From Eubacteriales bacterium (GTDB taxonomy: Bacteria > Bacillota > Clostridia > Oscillospirales > CAG-272): a DNA stretch of 64,000 nucleotides. How positions within the stretch are numbered: the first letter of the stretch is position 1; every line of letters begins with the position of its first letter. This document shows, in pieces, positions 39,057 through 46,909 of this stretch. The stretch is from contig JAZTXV010000027.1 of NCBI GenBank assembly GCA_045636605.1, positions 15,065 through 79,064 of the forward strand. The letters run 5' to 3'. The position numbers and the translations under genes were made by a program. The notes beneath the pieces were generated by a model. The model did no database searches, was not told the DNA's origin, and saw only the letters and a list, made by a program, of their open reading frames with translations.

Positions 39057-39175
39057 TGAAAAACAGAAAAAAGAAAAAGATCAAGGTAAGCGGAGTAAGA
39101 CTAATGTGCTGGATTTTGGCAGGCCTTATGGTTATCGGTACGATAGCAATGGTCGTCACTGCGCTTATCGGCTAA
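39056..39175 (+). CDS. Possible 39-aa single-pass membrane peptide
   Basis: The ATG overlaps the topoisomerase stop (TAATG). Translation MKNRKKKKIKVSGVRLMCWILAGLMVIGTIAMVVTALIG, i.e. a basic N-terminus plus one TM helix, followed by a terminator. Below the ORF-track cutoff and unverified. Confidence 0.35.
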   Translation: MKNRKKKKIKVSGVRLMCWILAGLMVIGTIAMVVTALIG

Positions 39176-39188
39176 TAATAAAAATCGC

Positions 39189-39220
39189 AAAATCAAGCCC
39201 GTGCCAACGGGCTTGATTTT
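39189..39220 (+). terminator. Rho-independent terminator after the topoisomerase/small ORF
   Basis: AATCAAGCCCG-TGCCAA-CGGGCTTGATT followed by TT. Confidence 0.7.
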
Positions 39221-39269
39221 CTGTATAAAATAAAATTTCAAAAAACTTTAAAAAAAATCAAAAAAACTA

Positions 39270-39298
39270 TTGACAAAAGGAATTTCTTTTAGTATAAT
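39270..39298 (+). promoter_or_regulatory. Consensus sigma-A promoter for tRNA-Leu
   Basis: TTGACA-17 nt-TATAAT with an A-rich UP-like region upstream. The -10 ends 33 nt before the tRNA 5-prime end. Confidence 0.65.
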
Positions 39299-39331
39299 AC
39301 ATAGGCAAGGTTAAGAAACCTTCTCAAATTT

Positions 39332-39415
39332 GCGAGAGTGGCGGAACTGGTAGACGCGCACGTTTGAGGGGCGTGTGATTCGCTCGTACGGGTTCAAGTC
39401 CCGTTTCTCGCACCA
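39332..39415 (+). tRNA. tRNA-Leu (anticodon GAG), type II with long variable arm, encoded CCA
   Basis: Hand fold: acceptor GCGAGAG/TTCTCGC, D arm GCGG..CGC, anticodon stem CACGT/GCGTG with loop TTGAGGG, variable arm, T arm ACGGG-TTCAAGT-CCCGT, then ACCA. Confidence 0.9.
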
Positions 39416-39452
39416 CGAAAGAGAGTAGCTATGCTGCTCTCTTTTGTTTTTT
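39397..39452 (+). repeat. Direct repeat copy 1: last 19 nt of tRNA-Leu plus its terminator
   Basis: 56 nt, AGTCCCGTTTCTCGCACCACGAAAGAGAGTAGCTATGCTGCTCTCTTTTGTTTTTT, identical to 39587-39642. Confidence 0.95.
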
Positions 39453-39586
39453 GCAATAGGGACTTGAACGCAGTCGTGTCCCGTAGGGACAAAAGCATTC
39501 GGGGAATGGTTTTAGACGGTGACCGAAGCACTTTTAAAGGCATAACAATAAAACGCTTTTTTCTGCCTTGAAAAGTGCAAGAGCAT

Positions 39587-39642
39587 AGTCCCGTTTCTCG
39601 CACCACGAAAGAGAGTAGCTATGCTGCTCTCTTTTGTTTTTT
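39587..39642 (+). repeat. Direct repeat copy 2: orphan tRNA-Leu 3-prime end plus terminator
   Basis: Perfect 56/56 match to 39397-39452, offset exactly 190 bp. The upstream sequence does not complete a tRNA. Confidence 0.95.
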
Positions 39643-39691
39643 TTATTTTCTTAAATTCCTATCAAAAATCTTCATTATTTTAGTTTATCTA

Positions 39692-39720
39692 TTGACAAAC
39701 GGAAAAGTATGCGCTATAAT
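39692..39720 (+). promoter_or_regulatory. Consensus sigma-A promoter for the LysR/DctM-like cluster
   Basis: TTGACA-17 nt-TATAAT. Confidence 0.6.
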
Positions 39721-39767
39721 GATATAGCAAAAAGAAAATAGCATATAGCAAAAAAGGAATATGACAT

Positions 39768-40649
39768 ATGTCTTACTTGAAAAAATACGAATATGTAATC
39801 GCTGTTTGCAATCACGGAGGTATATCTGTGGCAGCGCAAAGCCTTGGAATATCTCAGCCTACATTCAGTAAATATCTAAAAAAGCTCGAAGCGGAGCTCG
39901 GTGTAGAGCTATTTGACAGAAGCACCCTGCCTATCAGGTTAACAAGGGCAGGAGAGTGCTTTGTCGAGGCGGGCAAACGCTTTATTGATATGGAAAAGCA
40001 ACTCAAAAAAGAGCTTGAGGAAATAAGATTGGGAGTCAATTCGGTTGTGAGAATCGGAATAAGTCCATCTCGCTCACCGTATATGATGCCAAAAATAATT
40101 TCGGCATTTAAGAAAATAAACACAAGCGCAAAAATAATAATTGAAGAAAAAACCACTCACGAGCTAAGCAAAAGGCTCCGCGAGGGAGAGCTTGATTTGA
40201 TAATAAGCCTGCTTGATGAAGAAACGATCGGCTTTGAAAGAATAGAGCTGTTTGACGAGAGCATTTTGCTTGCAGTTTCAAAGGAAAAGGCAAAGGGGAG
40301 CGCAAGCGAAACACTACTTTCCTCTGCACTTATAAGTGTAGGCAGAGGGCAATCCATGTGGCAAATGCTAAATAGCATCGCGCAAGAGCTAAACATTTCC
40401 GAGCCTGAAATTGAATGTCAGTCAATAGAATCCGCCCTTGCTCTTGTAAGTCAAGGAATAGGAGCTATGCTGGTGCCGTCATATATCGCAAGAGGCAAAA
40501 GCGATAGCATCAAATTTTTACCGCTTCCCAACGGAAAGGGCGAGATTAAAAGAAAAGTATGCCTTTTCTATCGCAAGGAGCAATTTTTAACAAAGACAGA
40601 GCGTGAGCTTATCGAATGTATAATAGATATTGAGAAAAAGGAGGGTTGA
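39768..40649 (+). CDS. LysR-family transcriptional regulator
   Basis: 293 aa. wHTH (GGISVAAQSLGISQPTFSKYLKKLE) plus a LysR substrate-binding domain. Confidence 0.85.
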   Translation: MSYLKKYEYVIAVCNHGGISVAAQSLGISQPTFSKYLKKLEAELGVELFDRSTLPIRLTRAGECFVEAGKRFIDMEKQLKKELEEIRLGVNSVVRIGISPSRSPYMMPKIISAFKKINTSAKIIIEEKTTHELSKRLREGELDLIISLLDEETIGFERIELFDESILLAVSKEKAKGSASETLLSSALISVGRGQSMWQMLNSIAQELNISEPEIECQSIESALALVSQGIGAMLVPSYIARGKSDSIKFLPLPNGKGEIKRKVCLFYRKEQFLTKTERELIECIIDIEKKEG

Positions 40650-40651
40650 GT

Positions 40652-42010
40652 ATGCCATCAGCATTTATATATCTTGGTATTTTGCTTGGAGTTGTCATAA
40701 TTTGGTTTATGGCATTCAAAAGACCTGTTTACGAGGCGATTTTTATAAGCTTTATCGTCTTGGTAGCAGTAACCAATACATGGGAAAATCTTGGCGAATA
40801 CATAAACACAGGACTTTCGACCTCGCTTTTATATTCAATGGTAGCGTTTGTCACTATGTCCATAATTCTTACAAAAACAAAAATAATTGATAGCTGTGTA
40901 GCTATAATTCTTGCAGTTCTCGGCAGAATTCCGGGAGGCGTTGGATATGCATCTGTTGTTGCATCAAGCTTTATGGGCTCACTTAGCGGAAGCGGCCCCG
41001 GTAATGTAATGGCAACAGGAGCAATTACAATTCCCGCAATGAAAAAATCGGGATATCCGGCGCATCTTGCGGCAAATATTGAAAGTAATGCAAGCTATTT
41101 AGGTAACGCCATTCCCCCTTCGTCAAACATCTTGGCAGCACTTGCAGCCTTCCACGGTCTGTATGGCGAGGACTCGCTCTCTCAGGGTAAATTCTGGATA
41201 GTTCTTTGGGGGATTGCACTTTGGTTTATACTTCAAAGACTTGTTATGGTATTTGCGTTTTGCAAATATTACAAGGTTAAGCCACTTTCAAAGGATGAAA
41301 TTCCAAGCATAAGAGAAACCTTGAAAACAGGCTGGCAGGGACTGCTTTTGCCTATAATTTTGTTGGTACCGTTTCTTCTTGACTATTTCTTTAAGGATAC
41401 ATTCTTTACCGCGCGCCTCGGTGTTGCGGGAGCAAAGGCATTTTCAAGCGCGCTTCTTGTTTTCTTGCCGGGAGTTGTGGCATTCATCGCAATTTTGATG
41501 TGCAAGGACAAAAAGGCAATGACTCCTCATAAAATAGCTACTATGTTCTCAAACGGAATAAAGAGCATCTCTCCCGCAGTCGGTGTGTGCGTAATCGGAT
41601 ATATGATAGGCGCACTGTTTAACGACTTGAATGTTGCAATAGAGCTCAAGGACTTTATCGTTGATGCCGATATGAACAAATTCGTATTGGTGCTCATAAT
41701 TTGCCTGCTTACCTGCTTTCTTGGAATGGTAATCCCCGGCTCATCGCTTGTTGCAACCTTTGGTGCTGTGTTTATAGCAAGCTTTGCATCGGTTGGAATA
41801 AATCCGATTATAGGAGCGGCAATGCTCCCGTCAATATGTGGCGTAATGTGTGGCATAACACCGCCACTCGGACTTGGAATGTATGCGGGAATGTCACTTG
41901 CGGAATCCGACTTTGGAAAGACCTTCAAAAACAATCTTTGGTGGGTTGGCGCACAATTCTTGATTCAAGTAATTATACTTATGGGTTGGCTACCCATACT
42001 TGGAATATAA
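40652..42010 (+). CDS. DctM-like large permease (TRAP-transporter M-subunit family / IT superfamily)
   Basis: About 452 aa from ATG 40652 (GGAGG 7 nt upstream). The motif SLSGSGPGNVMATGAITIPAMKKSGY resembles the DctM signature. About 12 TM helices. Confidence 0.75.
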   Translation: MPSAFIYLGILLGVVIIWFMAFKRPVYEAIFISFIVLVAVTNTWENLGEYINTGLSTSLLYSMVAFVTMSIILTKTKIIDSCVAIILAVLGRIPGGVGYASVVASSFMGSLSGSGPGNVMATGAITIPAMKKSGYPAHLAANIESNASYLGNAIPPSSNILAALAAFHGLYGEDSLSQGKFWIVLWGIALWFILQRLVMVFAFCKYYKVKPLSKDEIPSIRETLKTGWQGLLLPIILLVPFLLDYFFKDTFFTARLGVAGAKAFSSALLVFLPGVVAFIAILMCKDKKAMTPHKIATMFSNGIKSISPAVGVCVIGYMIGALFNDLNVAIELKDFIVDADMNKFVLVLIICLLTCFLGMVIPGSSLVATFGAVFIASFASVGINPIIGAAMLPSICGVMCGITPPLGLGMYAGMSLAESDFGKTFKNNLWWVGAQFLIQVIILMGWLPILGI

Positions 42011-42023
42011 GGAGGACAATGAA

Positions 42024-42416
42024 ATGACAGAAAAAATTCAAAATTTCAAAAGCTCCTATAATGCCTTTAAGCAAAAGGTGATAAAAAAGCTTGAAAGACC
42101 TGTTTCAATATGTAAAATAATATTCGGATACGGAATAATGATAAGTCTTTTTGTCGGCGCACTTACAATGCTTGGATTTGTATTTGCTATCTGCGTAGGA
42201 GGAGATTTGGCAGTTCAAATTTGTGCGATAATCAAGGAATACATAATACCGGCAATAACCTATACAAGCACGGTAATGGTTCTGTTTGGCCTTGTCATTA
42301 TGTATATGTCCGGACAAATCGCACTTACTGCAAAGAAAACCACCAAGGTTAAGGGGAATAATACCTCAGAGGAAAGCATATCAAGGGTACAGGAAAATGA
42401 CGAGGGCGAAAGATAG
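42024..42416 (+). CDS. Small membrane protein of unknown function
   Basis: 130 aa from ATG 42024 (GGAGG 8 nt upstream). 2-3 hydrophobic helices and a charged C-terminal tail. Confidence 0.6.
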   Translation: MTEKIQNFKSSYNAFKQKVIKKLERPVSICKIIFGYGIMISLFVGALTMLGFVFAICVGGDLAVQICAIIKEYIIPAITYTSTVMVLFGLVIMYMSGQIALTAKKTTKVKGNNTSEESISRVQENDEGER

Positions 42417-42436
42417 CCCATATTGATTTGTCAGAT

Positions 42437-42466
42437 AAAAACCGACTTTTTAAAGTCGGTTTTTTA
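42437..42466 (+). terminator. Rho-independent terminator
   Basis: AAAAACCGACT-TTTTAA-AGTCGGTTTTT followed by a T-run. Confidence 0.8.
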
Positions 42467-42474
42467 TTTAACAC

Positions 42475-42503
42475 TTGAAACATAACGGAATGTATGGTAA
42501 TAT
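42475..42503 (+). promoter_or_regulatory. Sigma-A-type promoter for GH30-GDPD
   Basis: TTGAAA-17 nt-TAATAT. Confidence 0.5.
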
Positions 42504-42542
42504 GTAAATACAAAGCAAAAATATAAAATACGGAGAATAACT

Positions 42543-43814
42543 ATGATAATAACATCAACCGAAAGAAAACAATGGCAAAAGGGAGATATTGCTAAGGGTG
42601 ACGGAATTTTGCTCACTCTCGGCGAGGAGGTGCAAGAAATCCGTGGTTTCGGCACGTGCTTTAGCGAGCTTGGAGCAGTAGCGCTTGGAAAGCTTAGCGA
42701 AGAGGACAGAAAAACCGCTCTTGACGAGCTTTTCGATGAGGATAAATGCAACTTTAACTACTGCCGTACTCCAATGGGTGCAAGCGATTTTTCCCTTGAT
42801 TTTTATTCCTATAACGAAACAGATGGCGACTATGAAATGGAGCATTTTTCAATCGAGCGTGATGAAAAATATCTGCTTCCGCTCATAAAAGAGGCAGTAA
42901 AGCGTCAAAAAAATCTCCAAATGTTCGCATCTCCGTGGTGCCCGCCCCTTTGGTTTAAAACTCGCCACGCATACAGTAGCGGCACCTTCAACATGACAAA
43001 GGAAAACCTTGCCGCATATGCCCTTTATTTCAGAAAATACATAGATGCATATAAATCTCACGGAATTCCACTCGTTCACGTATGTCCTCAAAACGAGCCC
43101 TGTTCAAATCAAATCTTCCCGTCGTGCGTATGGCGTGGAAATCAGCTTGCCGAATTTATCGGAGGCTATCTTGGCAAGGCAATTGAGGGCACAGGGGTTG
43201 ATGTAATGTTCGGAACGATCAACGGCCCCGAGGGTGACGACCGCTTCAGCTGGACAAGATACAGCGATTACCTCGGCTATGCAATGCAAGACAAAAATGC
43301 AAGAAAATACATCAAGGCCGTCGGCTATCAATGGGCAGGTAAATTCGCTCTGCCTCAAACACAGGACGATTACCCCGATATTGAAATCATTCAAACCGAA
43401 AGCGAATGTGGAGACGGCAAAAACACGTGGCAGAGAATGATGCACGTTGCCGCCCTTATGCGCCACTATTTCCGTTTTGGCGCAAGCGCATATGTGTATT
43501 GGAACATCTCCCTTGAAGACGAGGGCTCAAGCACGTGGGGCTGGAGACAAAACTCCCTTATTCACGTTGAAAACGGCAAATTCGAATACACCCCCGAGCT
43601 TTATCTTATGAAGCACTACTCGCATTTTGTAAAGCGTGGTGCAAAATATATCAAGATTAAGGGCGAAATGTCATCTCTTTGCACCGCCTTTAAGAACCCC
43701 GACGGCGAGATTGTTGTGGTGGCGCAAAACCCCTACTACGAAAGCGTGCTTATCACTCTTGACGGCACAACCTATTCGCTTCCGCCCCAATCGGTCAGCA
43801 CAATCACCCTTTGA
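42543..43814 (+). CDS. Glycoside hydrolase family 30-like (glucosylceramidase / beta-1,6-glucanase type), cytoplasmic
   Basis: 423 aa. GFGTCFSELG near the N-terminus and the NEP motif (CPQNEP) typical of the GH30 acid/base region. No signal peptide. Confidence 0.75.
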   Translation: MIITSTERKQWQKGDIAKGDGILLTLGEEVQEIRGFGTCFSELGAVALGKLSEEDRKTALDELFDEDKCNFNYCRTPMGASDFSLDFYSYNETDGDYEMEHFSIERDEKYLLPLIKEAVKRQKNLQMFASPWCPPLWFKTRHAYSSGTFNMTKENLAAYALYFRKYIDAYKSHGIPLVHVCPQNEPCSNQIFPSCVWRGNQLAEFIGGYLGKAIEGTGVDVMFGTINGPEGDDRFSWTRYSDYLGYAMQDKNARKYIKAVGYQWAGKFALPQTQDDYPDIEIIQTESECGDGKNTWQRMMHVAALMRHYFRFGASAYVYWNISLEDEGSSTWGWRQNSLIHVENGKFEYTPELYLMKHYSHFVKRGAKYIKIKGEMSSLCTAFKNPDGEIVVVAQNPYYESVLITLDGTTYSLPPQSVSTITL

Positions 43815-43842
43815 GTCTTAAATCAAACACACGAGGTGACAT

Positions 43843-44877
43843 ATGAAGAACAAAACAATGAAGCGGCTTAAAATAACAGCCATAATACTTGCCGTTCTTA
43901 TGCTCGCATATCTGATTGTTTTCCTGCTTCCCGAGCCACAAAGCTTTGATGGCGAAAATCCCATGCGTAAGGACACAGAGCTGCCAATTCTGATAGCTCA
44001 CGGCGGCGGCAACAAGGAATTTCCCGATAACACCCTTGAGGCATTCTATAATGCGTACAGTGTTGATAGTCGTGTAATGATGGAAACCGATGTCAGCATC
44101 ACAAAGGACGGTGTTGTAATCCTTTCTCACGATACCACCCTTGACAGAAAAACAAACGTCACAGGCGCTATTGCAGATTGGAATTACAGTGACTTAATAT
44201 CTCAAGAGGTTGACTTTGGCTATACCAATAAAACAGACGAAAACGATTCGCTCGTCGAGGGCACAGCTCGTGTGCACTTCAAGGGCGAGGACGGAGAGGA
44301 AAAATACCCAACCGATGTCACATACCCCGACGGAATTGCTCCAAGACACGAAACCGTATTTTTGGCAACCACCCTTGAGGAGCTTATTGTAGCATTCCCA
44401 AACAATCGTATAAATGTTGAAATCAAGCAAAGCGGAGAAAAGGGAATAGAGTGTGCAAACGCGGTAATAGACCTGCTAAAAAAGCATAACGCCTTTGACC
44501 GAGTAGTTCTTGCCTCATTCCACGGAGAAATCTTCGACCTCTATCAGCAGTACATTTCAGACGGCACAGTGCCAAGCACCTTTATGTGCTCACCGGGCAC
44601 AGGCGGAGTCGTAAAATATGTCGCTCTTGCCGCCCTTGGCTTGGATTTCTTCTACCGTGACAATGTGAGCGTGTTCCAAATTCCAATGGAGGAATACGGC
44701 ATCACCCTCGCAAGAAAAAGCCTTGTAGATAACGCCCACAAGCACAATATTTCCGTTCAATACTGGACGATAAATGACATAGAGGAAATGAAAGCGCTTA
44801 TAGAAATCGGCGCAGACGGCATAATGACCGACTATCCGCACCGCCTCCAAAGCGTCTATGATACCTACCAAAAATAA
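43843..44877 (+). CDS. Membrane-anchored (extracytoplasmic) glycerophosphodiester-phosphodiesterase-family protein, divergent active-site motif
   Basis: 344 aa. N-terminal signal-anchor (ITAIILAVLMLAYLIVFLL). GDPD-like motifs IAHGGGNKEFPDNTLEAF and GADGIMTDYP. HGG replaces the canonical HRG. Confidence 0.75.
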   Translation: MKNKTMKRLKITAIILAVLMLAYLIVFLLPEPQSFDGENPMRKDTELPILIAHGGGNKEFPDNTLEAFYNAYSVDSRVMMETDVSITKDGVVILSHDTTLDRKTNVTGAIADWNYSDLISQEVDFGYTNKTDENDSLVEGTARVHFKGEDGEEKYPTDVTYPDGIAPRHETVFLATTLEELIVAFPNNRINVEIKQSGEKGIECANAVIDLLKKHNAFDRVVLASFHGEIFDLYQQYISDGTVPSTFMCSPGTGGVVKYVALAALGLDFFYRDNVSVFQIPMEEYGITLARKSLVDNAHKHNISVQYWTINDIEEMKALIEIGADGIMTDYPHRLQSVYDTYQK

Positions 44878-44882
44878 CAAAA

Positions 44883-44907
44883 ACAGCCACATATGTGGCT
44901 GTTTTTC
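44883..44907 (+). terminator. Rho-independent terminator (copy B of the identical palindrome)
   Basis: ACAGCCAC-ATAT-GTGGCTGT followed by T5. 24/24 identical to 17138-17161. Confidence 0.8.
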
Positions 44908-45012
44908 ATATTTTTGTCCTCACAGATGCCCCTGTAACTCTTGAAAATTCACATTCCGCCCTCTGCCTGCTGTTCAAAAACCAAATTCTCCTAAAATTAT
45001 TTCCCAAAATAC

Positions 45013-45041
45013 TTGCATATTTGCCCTTTATATGATAAAAT
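45013..45041 (+). promoter_or_regulatory. Sigma-A-type promoter for miaB
   Basis: TTGCAT-17 nt-TAAAAT with TGA extended -10. Confidence 0.5.
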
Positions 45042-45079
45042 ATTATCTATATATATTTTAAATCATAAAGGGAAAACCA

Positions 45080-46474
45080 ATGCTTGATAATTTTGTTGGC
45101 GCAGCAGAGCTTACAAGACAGGCGGAGCTGAGAGAAAGAGTACGCTCTGTTGTCGAGGGCAAGGGACTGCTCGCATTCGTAATAACGCTCGGCTGTCAGC
45201 AAAATGAGGCGGATAGCGAGAGAATAAGAGGAATTCTTCTGTCATTGGGCTATTCGCTCACGGATAACGAGCAAATAGCTGATGTAATAATCGTAAACAC
45301 CTGCGCTATAAGAGATCATGCCGAGAAAAGAGCGCTCTCCATAATAGGCAGATATAAGCACAATAAGGCAAGAAATCCCAACACGATAATAGGCGTTTGC
45401 GGTTGTATGAGCGCACAATCTCACCGCTCTGACCAACTAAAGCACTCGTATCATTATGTGGATTTTGCTATTGGCACAGGATCACTTCACAAGCTTCCCG
45501 AGCTTATCTATAATGCTCTTAATAAGGGCAAGCGTACATTCCTGCTTGATAGCGAAAGACCGCAAATTGCCGAGGGGCTTCCCGTTGTGAGAGAAAGCTC
45601 GCATCGTGCGTGGGTAAGCATAATGTATGGCTGTAACAACTTCTGCACCTATTGCATCGTGCCATATGTGCGTGGCAGAGAAAGAAGCCGTATGCCAAGC
45701 GATATAATATGCGAGGTTAGCGAGCTTGTCGCTCAGGGATATCGTGACATCACCCTTTTAGGACAAAATGTAAACTCCTACGGCAAGGACCTTGACGGTG
45801 AATACGATATTGCATATCTTCTTCACGAGATTTCAAAAATTGACGGAGATTTTTGGATACACCTTATGACCTCTCATCCCAAGGACGCATCAAGCAGATT
45901 GATTGAGGCGCTATCCCTTAAGTGCTGTGCAAACCATTTTCATTTGCCGCTTCAGTCAGGCTCAAACGAGATGCTAAGGAAAATGAACCGTCATTACGAT
46001 ATAGAAAAATATCTTGGTATAATAGATGCTCTTAAGGCGCAACGCCCCGATATTGCCCTCACCACCGATATAATTGTCGGCTTCCCGGGCGAGAGTGACG
46101 AGGATTTTGAGCGCACGCTCGATATCATAAAAAGAGTAGAATACGATTCTGTATATTCCTTCATCTTCTCACCCCGTAAGGGCACACCCGCATATTCAAT
46201 GCCCGACCAAATCTCCGACGAAATAAAAAAACTGCGCTTTGAACGGCTGAACAATCTTCAAAACGATATTTCAAGGGCAAAAAACGAGGCTATGATAGGC
46301 AAAACCGTGCGAGTGCTCGTTGACGGCAAAAGCAAAAATAACAACCAAATATATACCTCTCGCACAGAGAGCAACAAGATAGTCCACTTTGAATCGGATA
46401 CGGACTACACGGGAAAATTCATTACACTCACAATCACCCGCGCAGACACCTTTGCTCTGTACGGTGAAATATAA
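45080..46474 (+). CDS. miaB: tRNA-2-methylthio-N6-dimethylallyladenosine synthase (radical SAM methylthiotransferase)
   Basis: 464 aa. UPF0004 Cys residues (TLGCQQNE, NTCAIR, GCM), radical SAM CNNFCTYCIVP and a TRAM domain. Confidence 0.9.
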   Translation: MLDNFVGAAELTRQAELRERVRSVVEGKGLLAFVITLGCQQNEADSERIRGILLSLGYSLTDNEQIADVIIVNTCAIRDHAEKRALSIIGRYKHNKARNPNTIIGVCGCMSAQSHRSDQLKHSYHYVDFAIGTGSLHKLPELIYNALNKGKRTFLLDSERPQIAEGLPVVRESSHRAWVSIMYGCNNFCTYCIVPYVRGRERSRMPSDIICEVSELVAQGYRDITLLGQNVNSYGKDLDGEYDIAYLLHEISKIDGDFWIHLMTSHPKDASSRLIEALSLKCCANHFHLPLQSGSNEMLRKMNRHYDIEKYLGIIDALKAQRPDIALTTDIIVGFPGESDEDFERTLDIIKRVEYDSVYSFIFSPRKGTPAYSMPDQISDEIKKLRFERLNNLQNDISRAKNEAMIGKTVRVLVDGKSKNNNQIYTSRTESNKIVHFESDTDYTGKFITLTITRADTFALYGEI

Positions 46475-46492
46475 AACAAAGGAGTTACACTT

Positions 46493-46885
46493 ATGGAAAT
46501 TATGGAGCTCGCTACCCAGCTCGGACAAGCAATAAAGGCAGATCCGAGATCAGTAGCTATGGAGGCAGCTATGGCTGCTTACAACACAGATGAGGGACTT
46601 CAAGGACTTATGCTCGAATTCAACGTTCAGCAGACAGCTCTCCAGGAGGAGTACAAGAAGCCCGAGCCTGACCAAGCAATCATTGAATCTATTGAGAATA
46701 GAATGAATGAGCTTGTAGCTCAAATCACCGCATCGCAGGTATATCTTGCAGCCGCTGAGGCTCAAAAGGCAATGGATGACCTTATGAGCGAGGTTTACGG
46801 TGAGATTGAATTCCAAATCACAGGTCGCCGTCCCTGCTCACACGATTGCGGATCATGTGGATCTGACTGCGGACATAATCACTAA
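46493..46885 (+). CDS. YlbF/YmcA-family protein (RicA-like by synteny) with Cys/His-rich C-terminal tail
   Basis: 130 aa, helical YlbF/YmcA-like sequence. Located between miaB and mutS, like B. subtilis ymcA. Tail is RRPCSHDCGSCGSDCGHNH. Confidence 0.7.
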   Translation: MEIMELATQLGQAIKADPRSVAMEAAMAAYNTDEGLQGLMLEFNVQQTALQEEYKKPEPDQAIIESIENRMNELVAQITASQVYLAAAEAQKAMDDLMSEVYGEIEFQITGRRPCSHDCGSCGSDCGHNH

Positions 46886-46909
46886 TCAGAAGAACGGAGA
46901 TAGAACAGT

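Noticed and set aside
39453-39586. A second (minus-strand) tRNA or tRNA pseudogene in the 134-bp insert, suggested by the inverted GTTCAAGTCCC T-loop-like string.
   Set aside because: I could not fold a cloverleaf. There is no T-stem pairing around the loop and no acceptor stem. An 11-nt match could be a remnant or chance.
39394-39606. A 70-aa ORF on the minus strand across the tRNA-Leu 3-prime end and the duplicated region.
   Set aside because: It overlaps a tRNA gene and terminator hairpins and has no RBS. The region is better explained as non-coding repeat or scar sequence.
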